Positions 13,231-31,059 of a DNA stretch of 64,000 bases are shown piece after piece. The notes below the pieces were generated by a model that saw only the letters and a program-made list of their open reading frames with translations, searched no databases and was not told the origin of the DNA. The number at the start of each line of letters is the position of its first letter. Position 1 is the first letter of the stretch. Origin of the DNA: Macrostomum lignano (lineage: Eukaryota); NCBI GenBank assembly GCA_002269645.1, contig NIVC01000670.1, positions 226,315 through 290,314 on the forward strand. Reading direction: 5' to 3'. The position numbers and the translations under genes were made by a program.

Positions 13231-14968
13231 ATGCAATTAGTTAGAAATTGTTTCGTTGACATTACATGTACAAGTTTTGTACAGTAAGACAATACAAATT
13301 AAGAGAGCTAGCTTGGCATAAAATATTTATGAAATCCTTGATTTCACGAACAAAACTCTGCAAACGTCGATAACACAGGCAAGTCATTAGTAGAAACGGG
13401 ACATTTTATTTGCTTCCGATTAAAACCTGCGATTTTTTTGTATTTGAAAAATATATCGTGTACTTATTTCGCTTTTATAATTTTTTGCGTAAAGCGAACC
13501 TAAATTTTTTTACCGAGAAACACAATTTTATTTAATTGGATGCTTAAAAAGATTTATGAAGTCGTTTTAGAGCTTTTTTATTTAAAACGTTAAACAGCAG
13601 CTTCTCCCGACGTATTTGTCAGTTCACTGCTTTTCAACCAGTTTCAACCAGCCATTTAAACAAAGTACAAGACTTGGATCTGAAGTGTTATTTGGTTTAG
13701 ATTGATTTCTTCATTTTTTTAATTTTGAAAAAATCCCTTCCCTAGCTGGCTTTTTGCTTCAAAAGTCCAACAATTTTTCATTGTAAATGTTGTGTAGCCA
13801 AGGCTTAAAGTTTTCCAGTTGAGTTGAAAAGTAAAGTGCTAGGTGCGCACAGTTGCTTTATTTATATTTTTTTATTGAAGAAAAACTACATAATCGATAT
13901 TTTAACTACTCTAGAAAAACTGCACGATCGATAAATTCAAGAGCTAGCGATATCACGTGATTAATAATACATTATACGGATAATTTATCAACTACTCTAC
14001 TTAAAGTGGCAGTATAAGTAATAGACAATAATAATAATATAAGTAGCATTTACGTTATAGTAGAAATATTCGTAAAATATTCTCTATCATTAAGTTGGTC
14101 TGTCAGGTTACACGACACAACAGTAAATATAGACCATCCATATCGCTGCAATTGCCAAACCAACTAACAAACAGCTTGTTGATAACGTAGCTTATTTAAA
14201 ATTAACCGGAAGCCGGAAATGAAGTATATTAGTCGGATCGCAGGTGCATAATTTATACCTTTTTGCGACCTAGTTTGCCAAAAAATTCAATCAATTTTGC
14301 CCAAGAAGAATGCTCATATATTCATAAGTTCAGGAGTGCATGTGTACGCACAGAGACATTTAGCCACTGAAATGAAGAAAGAGGTCAGTTGGTTGTCATG
14401 CAGTCATAGATGTCTACCAATTGGTAGACATACCACTACCAGCTCTAGACACGTTTGAATATTGGTTCACCCACGGAATGCACTTCTGCTGGGTGATGAC
14501 ATGCATTCATCAAGGCCTCTACCTCTCGTTTGAGCACTGGCATGCGATGCTGTTCCATCGTATAGCGTTCGCTGCTTGAGCCAAGCTTCAGTTGGATTGG
14601 ACTTCACGTTGAATGGCTGTATCCTTCGTAAAAACCCACCACCACCACCCAGTTGTAAGGTCCACACTGGGCCATTTTTGCTCTTTTCATGTCTATTGTC
14701 TCTGGTGCTTAGTTTTTCTATGGGCAAACTATAGGTCGCAGTTTTGGCAAAATTCAATGTAGTTTTCGGACATATTATAGTCTATATGGCTCAAGCTGGG
14801 GTCGTAATGGACATCGGATATGGCCCTTGGGTACGAGTTTCCGCGGGCCGAATGATCGGTATAGCATGCTCTCCAGAAGTCGGAATTTTCTCGTATTGCG
14901 TTCTTGAGAGCATGCTAAATGCACTTGCGATACGGCAAATATACGAGCGTAAGTTCCTTACTGGCAAT

Positions 14969-15348
14969 CAGGGGCGTCGCCACCGGGGGGGGACAGGAGG
15001 GACATGCCAATGCTTTGTCCCCCCACTCCACTTTTGTTGACCTGTGATGGAATCAATAACTTTGCTTCAGGGCGACAAAAAAGGTGCCTGCGGCGCTAAA
15101 ATGAGTGCATGCGGCGCTAAAATGAGTGCCTGCGGCGCTAAAATGAGTGCCTGCGGCGCGAAAATGGTGCATGCGGCGCTAAAATGAGGGCCTACTACAG
15201 CGCTAAAATGAGTGCCTGCGGCGCTAAAATGAGTGCCTGTGGCGCTAAATTAATCGCTGACAAATACGATTCTGAAAATAATGTACATGTAGTCATGTAC
15301 ATGTAGAAGTCTTGTCCCCCCACCATAAAATCCATGGTGGCGCCCCTG
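14969..15348. mobile_element. hAT-type MITE with internal 21-bp tandem repeat
   Basis: Termini CAGGGGCG...CGCCCCTG; TGGCAAT on both flanks (imperfect TSD); internal AAAATGAGTGCCTGCGGCGCT repeats; one end shares ATGGATTTTATGGTGGGGG with 32280-32515. Confidence 0.75.
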
Positions 15349-16344
15349 CTATGGCAATACACGCATCGAGCAAGATGTACGAAATCTCCCAATACTGCTG
15401 GGTTGCTTCAGCAAGATTACACTCTGAAACGTTTAAAAAGAACATGCCAGCCTTACCGAAATCGTCAAGCAGCCGCACAATCCATGCTTGAACTGGTTGG
15501 ACATTTCCTCAGGTATAAACCGCAGTTGAAGTGCCAAATACCTTCAAAAGATGCTCACTGTAGGATGTGCCTGGATCGCATTAAGAAACGCCCGTGAGCG
15601 CCAGTCTGCAGACTATAAATATTCAGCAAAGTGTGGAGGAGAAATAGGGGGAAGCTGATGAAAGCTGCAGGGCACAGGGTTAGACCAAGGCCGGTGGGTT
15701 GGTCGAAAGCTGGCGTTAAAAGTTATTATTGATCGGCAACCAGCAACTCTCTCCCAACACGACCAAGCACCGATCATCCCTACCGTGCGTAGTTAAGGAT
15801 CGGACCATGCATCCGAACGGCGAAGCTTCAACTTCTTCAAGGTCGTTGCGTTCTGCCATCGCTGCGCATGCGCAGTTAATACATGAATATTACCATACAC
15901 CAGCATTATCGCTGTACGCGAAGGTGGGAAAGAAATCATTGCCAGGTGTTAACCCCCAGCTGCACAGGCGCCTCTCTGCTGTCTATCATATCATTTGCCT
16001 GCAGTTATTTTTCTTCTTTCGCACCATGTTAGCTTTTGCTGCCCTAGCTTGCTCTGCAGATTTTTATGCTGCGAGTAAAAGATTGTGTTTAACCATCTTG
16101 AAGTCAGATACTTCCAAATATTTTTAATCTCTCCGATGCAATTCACAATGTGTTTGCAGCGTTGAGTAAAATTAGGATTAGTTTATCAGTAGAAATCAGC
16201 AGTCAGGCCAGAAATGTCTGACTCTGGCGTCAGTGTATGAATACCTGCGTTCGGTTCCGAGCGCGGCAACATTAATTCAGAGGGATCGAATGCGCAAAAA
16301 TTGGTCTGGAGCTTGTCGTATAATTTGGGGTCAAGCCCTATCTA

Positions 16345-16550
16345 ACTGACTGACCGACTAAAACTGTCTAGCTAACTAACTAACAATTCAACTAACTAAC
16401 TATCTAACTAACTATCTAACTGACTAACTGACTAACTATCTAGCTAACTAACTAACTAAGTACCTAGTTACAAGTACCTAAGTAAGTAAGTAAGTAAGTA
16501 AGTAACTAACTAACTAACTAACTAACTAAGTAAGTAACTAACTAACTAAG

Positions 16551-16591
<41 letters not shown>

Positions 16592-16592
16592 G

Positions 16593-16625
<33 letters not shown>

Positions 16626-16682
16626 CTAACTAAATAACTGACTAACTGACTAGCTAACCAACTAACTAACTAACTAACTAAG

Positions 16683-16719
<37 letters not shown>

Positions 16720-16780
16720 GACTAACTGACTAAACTATCTAACTAACTAGCTAACCAACTATCTAACTTCCTACCTAACT
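16345..16780. repeat. (AACT)n microsatellite with a (TAAG)n patch
   Basis: Direct reading. Confidence 0.95.
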
Positions 16781-17615
16781 AAATGGGTAAACTCGATCAG
16801 CCATTAAAGCAATGTAGCTCTTAGCTGAACGCCGCATTGCCAAAAATGTATTGCATAATTTTGTTATATAGTTATCATTACTATACTAAAAGTAGTATGT
16901 TGACAACTTCCAAATAAAGCAGCACTGTTTGGAGTGCATTGATTGCATGAATTGAGAAGAATAAACTAACTAAACAAAACAGATAGTTTTAAACAATAAC
17001 TGCTGAAAAACATAACAAGAAAAATGCCAGCAGACAGCGGCAGGAGATCAAAGGGCAACAGGTCTTATATTGTTTCAACTTGTAATATTCTTGGTGCTTG
17101 AAGTTTTTCCATAAATGCTAAAAGAAGTTCAGATTACTTGACATTTTTCGTCATACTGTAGGAAAAATAAAATACTAACGCTGACAGCAAAAGTAAATAA
17201 AAAATAAAAAAGTTATTTATTAAAAAGTTTGCACTAATGTAGCGGAATAGCAAGGGAATAAGAGTAATAATAACTACTTTTTTTAAAATACCCTTCCAAT
17301 ATCTTTAACGTTTCAGAAATTTTTGATAATATTTTCTGTGACAATTCACCGACATTCTGTATGACACATTCCCCTGTCATGTCTACAAACAAGTGTTTAC
17401 CAATTTTATAACAACTTTGACTATTCCCCAACTAGTGAAATACCTCCTCCTAAGTAATTTCTGCAAAAAAGTATTGTTTTCTGAATTACGTCTCTAGACC
17501 TTGGAGAACTCCTTTAACGACTATTTGACTTCGTATAATTGACTACTAAACACACATAAATGAACGATAAACTTTAAAGAAAGTCGGAATAATTCCACTC
17601 AGTCAGCCCGGTCAA

Positions 17616-21660
<4,045 letters not shown>

Positions 21661-21924
21661 TTTTCTTTAACTGCTGATTGATTGCTTCAATTGGCTTTTT
21701 TTCTGGTAAAATTCAGCCAAACTAAAAACCAATGCAGCAATACGAAATGCATGGTGCACCAGTCTGATGATAATAATCCTAATGATACATTGTTATGAGC
21801 TTACTGTGTATTATGTGCATGCCGGTGAATATTGATCACTACTGAGTTCAGAGAATTTACATGCTCTGAATAACTTTTGTGTAAAAATCCATTACTATGC
21901 TGAATCAAGAATGGAGGTACTGGT

Positions 21925-24880
21925 GACAGTGGCCTGAAATATTGGTGGTGGCCTGAAATAATAGTGGTGGCCTGAAATAATAGTGGTGGCCTGAAATATT
22001 GGTGGTGGCCTGAAATATTGGTGGTGGCCTGAAATAATAGTGGTGGCCTGAAATAAAAGTGGTGGCCTGAAATAATGGTGGTGACCTGAAATAATGTGGT
22101 GGCCTGAAATAATGGTGGTGGCCTGAAATAATAGCGGTGGCCTGAAATAATGGTGCTGGCCTGAAATATTGGTGGTGGCCTGAAATATTGGTGGCAGTGG
22201 CCTAAAAGATTGACGGCAGTGGCCTGAAAGATTGGTGGTGGCCTGAAATATGGTGGCAGTGGCCTGAACTACTGGGGGTGGCTTGAACTATTGGTGGCGG
22301 TGGCCTGAACGATTGATGGCAGTGGCCTAAAGGATTGGTGCCAGTGGCCTAAAGGATTGGTGGCGGTGGCCTGAAAGATTGGTGGCGGTGGCCTGAAAGA
22401 TTGGTGGCGGTGGCCTAAAGGATTGGTGGCGGTGGCCTAAAGGATTGGTGGCAGTGGCCAAAGGATTGGTGGCAGTGGCCTAAAGGATTGGTGGCAGTGG
22501 TCAAAGGATTGGTGGCAGTGGCCTAAAGAATTGGTGGCAGTGGCCAAAGGATTGGTGGCAGTGGCCTAAAGGATTGGTGGCAGTGGCCAAAGGATTGGTG
22601 GCAGTGGCCTAAAGGATTGGTGGCAGTGGCCAAAGGATTGGTGGCAGTGGCCTAAAGGATTGGTGGCAGTGGCCAAAGGATTGGTGGCAGTGGCCTAAAG
22701 GATTGGTGGCAGTGGCCAAAGGATTGGTGGCAGTGGCCTAAAGGATTGGTGGCAGTGGCCAAAGGATTGGTGGCAGTGGCCAAAGGATTGGTGGCAGTGG
22801 CCTAAAGGATTGGTGGCAGTGGCCTAAAGGATTGGTGGCAGTGGCCAAAGGATTGGTGGCAGTGGCCTAAAGGATTGGTGGCAGTGGCCAAAGGATTGGT
22901 GGCAGTGGCCTAAAGGATTGGTGGCAGTGGCCAAAGGATTGGTGGCAGTGGCCTGAAAGATTGGTGGCGGTGGCCTAAAGGATTGGTGGCGGTGGCCTAA
23001 AGGATTGGTGGCAGTGGCCAAAGGATTGATGGCAGTGACCTAAAGGATTGGTGGCAGTGGTCAAAGGATTGGTGGCAGTGGCCTAAAGAATTGGTGGCAG
23101 TGGCCAAAGGATTGGTGGCAGTGGCCTAAAGGATTGGTGGCAGTGGTCAAAGGATTGGTGGCAGTGGCCTAAAGAATTGGTGGCAGTGGCCAAAGGATTG
23201 GTGGCAGTGGCCTAAAGGATTGGTGGCAGTGGCCAAAGGATTGGTGGCAGTGGCCTAAAGGATTGGTGGCAGTGGCCAAAGGATTGGTGGCAGTGGCCTA
23301 AAGGATTGGTGGCAGTGGCCTAAAGGATTGGTGGCAGTGGCCAAAGGATTGGTGGCAGTGGCCTAAAGGATTGGTGGCAGTGGCCTAAAGGATTGGTGGC
23401 AGTGGCCTAAAGGATTGGTGGCAGTGGCCAAAGGATTGGTGGCAGTGGCCTAAAGGATTGGTGGCAGTGGCCTAAAGGATTGGTGGCAGTGGCCTAAAGG
23501 ATTGGTGGCAGTGGCCTAAAGGATTGGTGGCAGTGGCCAAAGGATTGGTGGCAGTGGCCTAAAGGATTGGTGGCAGTGGCCTAAAGGATTGGTGGCAGTG
23601 GCCAAAGGATTGGTGGCAGTGGCCTAAAGGATTGGTGGCAGTGGCCTAAAGGATTGGTGGCAGTGGCCTAAAGGATTGGTGGCAGTGGCCTAAAGGATTG
23701 GTGGCAGTGGCCTAAAGGATTGGTGGCAGTGGCCAAAGGATTGGTGGCAGTGGCCTGAAAGATTGGTGGCGGTGGCCTAAAGGATTGGTGGCGGTGGCCT
23801 AAAGGATTGGTGGCAGTGGCCAAAGGATTGATGGCAGTGACCTAAAGGATTGGTGGCAGTGGTCAAAGGATTGGTGGCAGTGGCCTAAAGAATTGGTGGC
23901 AGTGGCCAAAGGATTGGTGGCAGTGGCCTAAAGGATTGGTGGCAGTGGTCAAAGGATTGGTGGCAGTGGCCTAAAGAATTGGTGGCAGTGGCCAAAGGAT
24001 TGGTGGCAGTGGCCTAAAGGATTGGTGGCAGTGGCCAAAGGATTGGTGGCAGTGGCCTAAAGGATTGGTGGCAGTGGCCAAAGGATTGGTGGCAGTGGCC
24101 TAAAGGATTGGTGGCAGTGGCCTAAAGGATTGGTGGCAGTGGCCAAAGGATTGGTGGCAGTGGCCTAAAGGATTGGTGGCAGTGGCCTAAAGGATTGGTG
24201 GCAGTGGCCTAAAGGATTGGTGGCAGTGGCTAAAGGATTGGTGGCAGTGGCCTAAAGGATTGGTGGCAGTGGCCTAAAGGATTGGTGGCAGTGGCCTAAA
24301 GGATTGGTGGCAGTGGCCTAAAGGATTGGTGGCAGTGGCCAAAGGATTGGTGGCAGTGGCCTAAAGGATTGGTGGCAGTGGCCTAAAGGATTGGTGGCAG
24401 TGGCCAAAGGATTGGTGGCAGTGGCCAAAGGATTGGTGGCAGTGGCCTAAAGGATTGGTGGCAGTGGCCTAAAGGATTGGTGGCAGTGGCCAAAGGATTG
24501 GTGGCAGTGGCCTAAAGGATTGGTGGCAGTGGCCTAAAGGATTGGTGGCAGTGGCCAAAGGATTGGTGGCAGTGGCCTAAAGGATTGGTGGCAGTGGCCT
24601 AAAGGATTGGTGGCAGTGGCCAAAGGATTGGTGGCAGTGGCCAAAGGATTGGTGGCAGTGGCCTAAAGGATTGGTGGCAGTGGCCTAAAGGATTGGTGGC
24701 AGTGGCCAAAGGATTGGTGGCAGTGGCCTAAAGGATTGGTGGCAGTGGCCAAAGGATTGGTGGCAGTGGCCAAAGGATTGGTGGCAGTGGCCTAAAGGAT
24801 TGGTGGCAGTGGCCTAAAGGATTGGTGGCAGTGGCCAAAGGATTGGTGGCAGTGGCCTAAAGGATTGGTGGCAGTGGCCT
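21925..24880. repeat. About 3-kb G-rich 21/22-bp minisatellite (GGTGGCAGTGGCCTAAAGGATT) with a degenerate 19-bp left flank
   Basis: Direct reading; GGCCAAAGG and GGCCTAAAGG variants are interspersed. Confidence 0.97.
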
Positions 24881-25656
24881 GACTGTTGGAAGTGTCCTAA
24901 AACGCGGAATTAGTCCGACTCGTGATCCCCATTACTTATACAATACTAATATAAAAATACTAATTAATAAATTTAGAAAGGCAGAACACAAACAAACAAT
25001 ACAGAGTGGATTGTGAACAAGTTTTAAGTTTGCTTGAGACACAATTAAGCGAACACCGAGCTGTGTTTTATTATATTAGTTATTAGTTTACTGATAAATT
25101 AACTACGAGCATAAACTAAAATAGAAAATGCGTTAAGGTAACCAAAGCGGACAGAATATTAATGAGACACGATTGCTTAAGCATTAATTACACAAATATA
25201 GGAAACGCACAATAAACAAACGTAGTGATAGTTGAATTAATTATAGCACACGCACAACACAGACACGGCACTAGTTGATAAAATAGTAAATAAATTAGAG
25301 AGTCATTACAAGACAGAATGAGACTGATCAGGGAGGATAGTAAAATTTAACCCAGCAGGACGCCCTTGATTTGTTACTCATCGACAGGAAAAAATGGTTT
25401 TCAGTAGACTAAAAAATGCAGAGGTACCGGTAAAATTTATAACATAGCTGGGAAACTTAACACCAACCCACCTACTAAAGAATGCAAAACTCCTGAAAGC
25501 AGACATCAAACGCCACAAGCTACAGAAGGAACATGCAAGAAGACTTTATACAAAAGAATTTTATTGTCCTACCTACGCTCGTACAATTTAACACAAAATA
25601 AAATAAAGAAAAAGCGTCCCGGGGACCCGCGCGCTGTTAAAAATATTGCGCTTAAA

Positions 25657-26313
25657 TCACTTATTCTCGGCATTGTCGTGCGTGTGCCAGGTCAGACGCT
25701 CCTCGTAGAACCGAATGACCACCTGGGGACACTTGATATTGGCTTGGCGGGCCGGCACCAGGTCGGCCTCGTCATGATCCACCCACTTCATGAGGAACAT
25801 CAGCTCGCCGCTCGAGTCCGTGGCGCCAACAATTCTGTCAGCCTGCAGGCCGCGCTCGAACCCGCGCAGTTTAGTAGCGCCGCTCCCCGCTGGCCCGTCG
25901 GACTCGGCCAGCTTCGCCTCCTTGGACTTTTTGGCGGCCTTCTCGCCTGTCGGCTTCCTGGTGCCGCTGCCAGAGGCCGAGTCGGCGTCGCCGCCGCCGC
26001 TGGCCCCGACGCGGCGCTTCTTCTCCGACGGGCCGTGCTTTTTCTTCTCGGCCCGGGTGGACTCGAATTCCGCTACAATTTCCGGACAGTCGCAGTTCTC
26101 CTCCGGCTCCCAGGTGTTGTCTGAATGCGGATAGTTCTTCCACTTGATGAGGTACTCCTTCTTGCCGTTGCGAATCCGGCTGTCCATGATCTTCTCCACC
26201 TGGTATTCGTCGGCGTCCTCTTCCTCTTCAATGTCGGGTTCGACGTTGGCAGCGGCAGCTGGCGGCTCCTCATCGGCGTCGCGGGCCTCGTCTGACTTGC
26301 GTTTTTCAGGCAT
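25657..26313 (-). CDS. HP1: Heterochromatin protein 1 / chromobox (CBX1/3/5 family), 218 aa
   Basis: Chromodomain [38 protein letters not shown] and chromoshadow domain [27 protein letters not shown]...[18 protein letters not shown] has no intron; ATG at 26313 follows a polypyrimidine-TAG acceptor, possibly a 45-nt 5'UTR intron (26369-26325). Confidence 0.95.
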   Translation of the reverse strand: MPEKRKSDEARDADEEPPAAAANVEPDIEEEEDADEYQVEKIMDSRIRNGKKEYLIKWKNYPHSDNTWEPEENCDCPEIVAEFESTRAEKKKHGPSEKKRRVGASGGGDADSASGSGTRKPTGEKAAKKSKEAKLAESDGPAGSGATKLRGFERGLQADRIVGATDSSGELMFLMKWVDHDEADLVPARQANIKCPQVVIRFYEERLTWHTHDNAENK

Positions 26314-28599
26314 TTCAGAGCTGGCTAGAGAAACGAGAGGAACTGAAATTGAATTCATTAAAGGACTACCTAAATGCTCTGCTAAGAAAAAAGCTGCAAC
26401 GACTCAAAATTGAAAGGTAAAAGCTCGTGAAATTGGCAAACAAGTCTAAGCAGCAGAGGCAGCAACTAAATTAGTTTCTTTCGACATCATTTCAGCCATC
26501 TGCAGCTACGGAACAGCTAGATTCAAGTGATCTGGCTGTTAATCAACCTGAAACTAGTGCTAAAATCAGCACAATTAGAACGTCCATATCTTTAGGCAGA
26601 AAGAGACTTAGGCCATCTGGCATGCCTGACATACTATCCAAAAGGTGCCATTTAATTGGCCAATCAAATGTATCAACAGAAGAGCTTTGTGGTGCTCAGG
26701 TCAAGTGAGATCATTTAAAATGAATAAGCTAATTGATTGATAGAAAATAGAACCATTCCAACTAACTAGGCCTATCAAAAATACAATCTTACAAATGACC
26801 TAACTATGACCAAATTATTAAGGCTAAATGCCTCATCATCTAATTATGTCTGTATTTTTTAGATAGGCCCTAGGCATTTCTGCAACTTAGGCCTACTTTA
26901 TCCTTGGCTAGGCCTGGCCCCTTGCTAGCCAACTAGATTGGCTAGTTTAGCCAGGTATTGTATATGTATGTCCTATGGTATATAGCCTAGTCCTATCATA
27001 GGCCTATTGGTTTCCATGCTTTTTGGTGCCTAGTATTTGGTATCCCAAATTGATTTTATGTGCCTTAGTTTATGATTAGTTAATAAAATAATTTTATAAT
27101 TGAAGATTTAGTTAAGTAACAATGATATCCATCAACAATGCTACATATAGTTTTGATTAAAATTATAAACAGTGACATCTCTTTTATTTAGTACTAATTT
27201 GATTTCTTGAATAACATGCAATTACATTTAGATTTCTTGACAAATTAAGAGAAAAAATTAAAATGAAACAAGTAGTGTTTCACCATAAAGAGGGTCCATA
27301 TGCTATAGCCATTGCCATAAGCAAAACTATGGCTTATTCCTATTCTTTGTATTCCATAGCCATAGGCACTCCAATATTACTATATTCCCATAGTTCATGT
27401 AGCTGTAGCTGTAGTTTTAACAAAAAGTCTAGGAAACAAAATATTTTGAAATAGGAAGATAACCTGGTGCTTAAACAATTGCAAAAATAAGGCAAAAAAT
27501 AAAACAAACACTCAATTGCGTTTGTAAGATTATATTTCATCTTTTTACAAAGAGTAATGATATTTTATCACTATTGAAAGTACTACTGCTGAATTTTTTT
27601 ACATTAATGAAAGTTAGGTTTTGCTAATGTTTTGTTGTACTTTATTACAAGCGTAGATATAATTTGTAATTTTTTAAGTCTATAATACAGTTTACCAAAG
27701 TATCTTTGTTTTACCTGTTTCTAATATTTTCTAATTTTTTAAATTAATAACTATGACTATAGGAATCTATGGAATATACCAGCAACTACCATATTTTTGT
27801 AGTCATAGCCATAAGAGCAGCTATCTACTATAGATGTATCCATAGTTGCTGTAGGCACCTATTTTACCATATTTTCTATAGGATCCCATAGCCATAACTA
27901 TAGCTACAAAAGAATACTAAAAACAAGACTTTTCAAAAAAATGAAAAATCTGTTAAGCTCAACAAAATAAATTTAATACCTACAAGCTTTTTAGTTCTTT
28001 AAAATAAAGTATTTATAAAGTATAAATATTATAAAGTAAAGTATTTATAAAGTAAAGCAAAGCATTTATTTTTATATTAATTAGGGCTCAATTTCTATTT
28101 TTGTTTCTAATTCTAATTTTTAATTTATGTTCTAAAAAGCAAACTAGAGCACCAAAATGCTAGGCACCAAAAAGTACAAGCATAAAAAGTGCGGATACTA
28201 GCCTATTGGGCTATCTTGCAGAATTGCAGAGCAGGCCATAGACTATTTCAGCATATTTTTGACATAGCCATAGCCTGCAATAGCAGGTGGATTAGCTTAT
28301 GCTCATAGCAATAAAGGATAAACATGAAAGCAAAAAACAAAGTAGAGTGGGGTGGATGGACAGGTGGGTGGGTATAAATGACACAGAAAAATTGTGGGAT
28401 TCATCAAATCAAGAAAGCTTGAAGCTACATGATAAAAGTCAAGTACCAATTAGTTAATTGAATCATCAATCAACAGCTTTATTTAGTGCAATAATTTCCA
28501 AGTATTGGACAGTGTTTGTCATGGCTGCTCAAGTGCAGCCATTTGATCCAGATACCAACTCCGAACTAGAGGAGGAAGGCTAGCTAACAGTGGATAAGG

Positions 28600-29503
28600 G
28601 TGAAGATGAAGAAGAGGAGTAACTGCATCTCCAGCCAAATGAAAATGCCGGAGGCTTGCCAAATGATGGCTTGGGTGGCATGGGAAGCTGGGCAGGATCA
28701 ACAGCCAGATGCAGAGCCCAAATTCTTGGGAATGCCTGGTGTGGATCCTGACTTGCCGAGGCCAAAGGCTGCCAATGACGATCCAGCTGCATTTTTCAAG
28801 CTGTTTCTGACTGCTAACCTGCTGCAACAGCTCTGCGCTTGGACCAATGCGTGGCGCAAATTCAATGAGCTACAAGCATCAATGCCAAACTTGCCTCAAA
28901 GGTTCTCTGCATGGAAAGACGTGACCGTGGACGAGATGGAGAAGTTTGTCGCCATGTAGCTTTACATAGGAATAGTTAAAGAGCCTAAGATTGCCAACTA
29001 TTGGAGCAAAGATGATTTCTATGCAACACCTTTCTTCCAACAACTCGCTTGCCTGACAAGGGACAGGTACCAACAGATCAGTAGCCAGCTGCACTTCTAT
29101 GACTGCAACAACTTTGATGGAAACGAACCACTAGCAAAGGCAAGACCATTTATTACGCGTGTAGCTGAGAGCCAGAAACGGCTAGGTTGTGTATCGATCG
29201 TGCGGAGGTACACTGGAGTTTTTAAAGTTTTTGGAGACTATAATCAAGAACTTTATCAACTCCTCTAGACTAGGTCGTGTAAGAGCTGCTTGGGCATAGT
29301 AGCAGCCAGCAGTGGCCTACCAACAACACTCACTGAAGCACATTGAAGCCACCGAAGCGCAAGCCCAACCAACAAAGCGGTGCAGGCAGTGCTACAAGAG
29401 TGGCCAGGCCAAGAAAACAGTCTTCTGCTGCAGATCACGTGAAGGCAACCCTGGACTATGCAAAGCCTCCTGCTTTGTCGACTGGCATGCCGCTCACGTG
29501 TAA
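28600..29503 (+). pseudogene. Internally deleted piggyBac (PGBD) transposase
   Basis: FFKLFLT...WKDVTVDEMEKFVAM*LYIGIVKEPKIANYWS...RDRYQQI...LHF (DDE_Tnp_1_7 N-terminal part, stop at 28957), then the C-terminal Cys-rich domain KRCRQC...CC...PGLC...CFVDWH; the catalytic core is missing. Confidence 0.8.
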
Positions 29504-31059
29504 CTTAATTTTCTGATTTTCAAAGCCAAAGGTAGCTTATATTTAATTGACAAACAATATGGGGCATAACTTCGGTTTCCTGCTCTAAATTATTTTCCAG
29601 ATTCTTTTAAACTTATAGTCTACAAATGTAAAAGAAACAAGTAAAAAGTCACAGGGTAAAAAGTAAACAGACACAATATAATAGTCCAAACTCCAAAGCA
29701 GGAAAATGAAGCAGGTTTCTGAATTCCTAATCTGGAAAGGCCTGAAAAAAATCAGTAATGCAGGATTAAAAGCATATTGGGCAGTATTAATGCTTGAAAA
29801 TCCAATAAAAATTTATAGCGGGAAACCGAATTTATGCCCAATATGCCATCTGGTTGTAAACAGGTTATGTTATTGTTGCTGTTTAGCTGTTAAACATTGT
29901 TTATACATTATAGCAATTTATGTTCTTGATTTTTAATGTTTCTTATTAAAAATGACTACATCAGATAAAAAAACTCGTTGACTGTGATTCACAAATGTTT
30001 TCTGTATAAAAAATAGTCATGGCCTGCTCAGCAGGCCAAAGCCGCAAGCTACCATTATGCAGACTTATTTTTCGAAACAGCATTCAAATGATTTTCAAGC
30101 CATAAACCATGAGCTATGGCTTGCAGAGCAGGCCACCCACATCCTTGGGGTTAAAGCCCCAGAGTTTATAACTAATTTTGGCCATAGATATATATTTTTG
30201 CTGATGACATTGATAAGTGCACAAATTAAAAATTGCATCATTTTAATAGTTGTTAAATTTAGAAAAATCTAGAAAAACCTGAAATTGCAATAAAAGTTAA
30301 CTTACAACCCTACCAAAAATGAAATTTTAACACCAAAACACTTAAAATGTTGGCATAATTAAAGTATTCATTTTTGGCAAGTTTCATGTCAATAGCTAAA
30401 AAAATGTGCATACAGTGAATTTAACAAACAATTCTGCAGGATAGCCTATTTATATAGGCCTTACAGCAATTTAACCAGATAAATAACAAAATGGCTATTA
30501 GTATTTGTCCAGTAATTGGATGAATAACCAGAACCACATGGCTATTTAACAAGACAAATAACAACTAGATAAATAAATAACTAGACAAATAACAACTTCC
30601 TTAAATCCTTAAGTAAGTATACAATGCAACTATAGGCCCCCTAATAGCCCTTAGCCTTGGCAACAAATATTAGCATCAGTCCACTAGGCACTAGGGCCTA
30701 GGCCTACTATATATTTTTTCTAGGCCTATTAAAGATTAAGAGTAAAGGTCAAATACTTTGAATATTTCAATTCACTAAAGTCCATCCTACAGGCTTTAGA
30801 ACTACAGGCCAGGACTTCAGAATTGGGACTAGGACCTGTATCCTATTATAAACAAAAAAGTTGTTTTAGCCTATCTGCCAGCAGACAAAAAGGCAACAGA
30901 AATTTGACAAAACTACTGCACACCCTGTGTTGTGGGCCTGTGACACGACACATAGACCCAGGTAACTCACCCCTCACCTCACGGTCCTCATCAGGTCCAG
31001 GCGGGGCTAAGAAAGCTTAGGCCTATGCTAGGCCTATGCCTACTTCTATGCCTACCCAG

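Larger units (their letters stand above)
12728..15504 (-). pseudogene. PLAC8/cornifelin-like cysteine-rich protein; exons 15504-15457 and 13005-12728; 1-nt deletion in exon 1
   Basis: Exon 2: LCIVTYLVPCYTFGKNAEAV...RGKIREKQGIPG...DLLAHLCCPLCALMQDAQE (PLAC8 motifs). Exon 1: ATG TCC AAC CAG TTC AAG CAT GGA TTG TGC GGC TGC TT-GAC GAT TTC G|GTAAGG; adding one base gives MSNQFKHGLCGCFDDFG in phase with exon 2. Confidence 0.85.

Noticed and set aside
14410-14431. 22-bp perfect palindrome ATGTCTACCAATTGGTAGACAT
   Set aside because: Isolated, with no TSD, partner or functional context; possibly an excision footprint, but unsupported.
26314-26358. N-terminal extension of HP1 ([15 protein letters not shown])
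   Set aside because: It overlaps a polypyrimidine tract and AG acceptor, so it is probably intronic.
26560-30430. Termini of the piggyBac element
   Set aside because: GGGGTTAA near 30150 is suggestive, but I could not find a matching left TTAA-CCC TIR.
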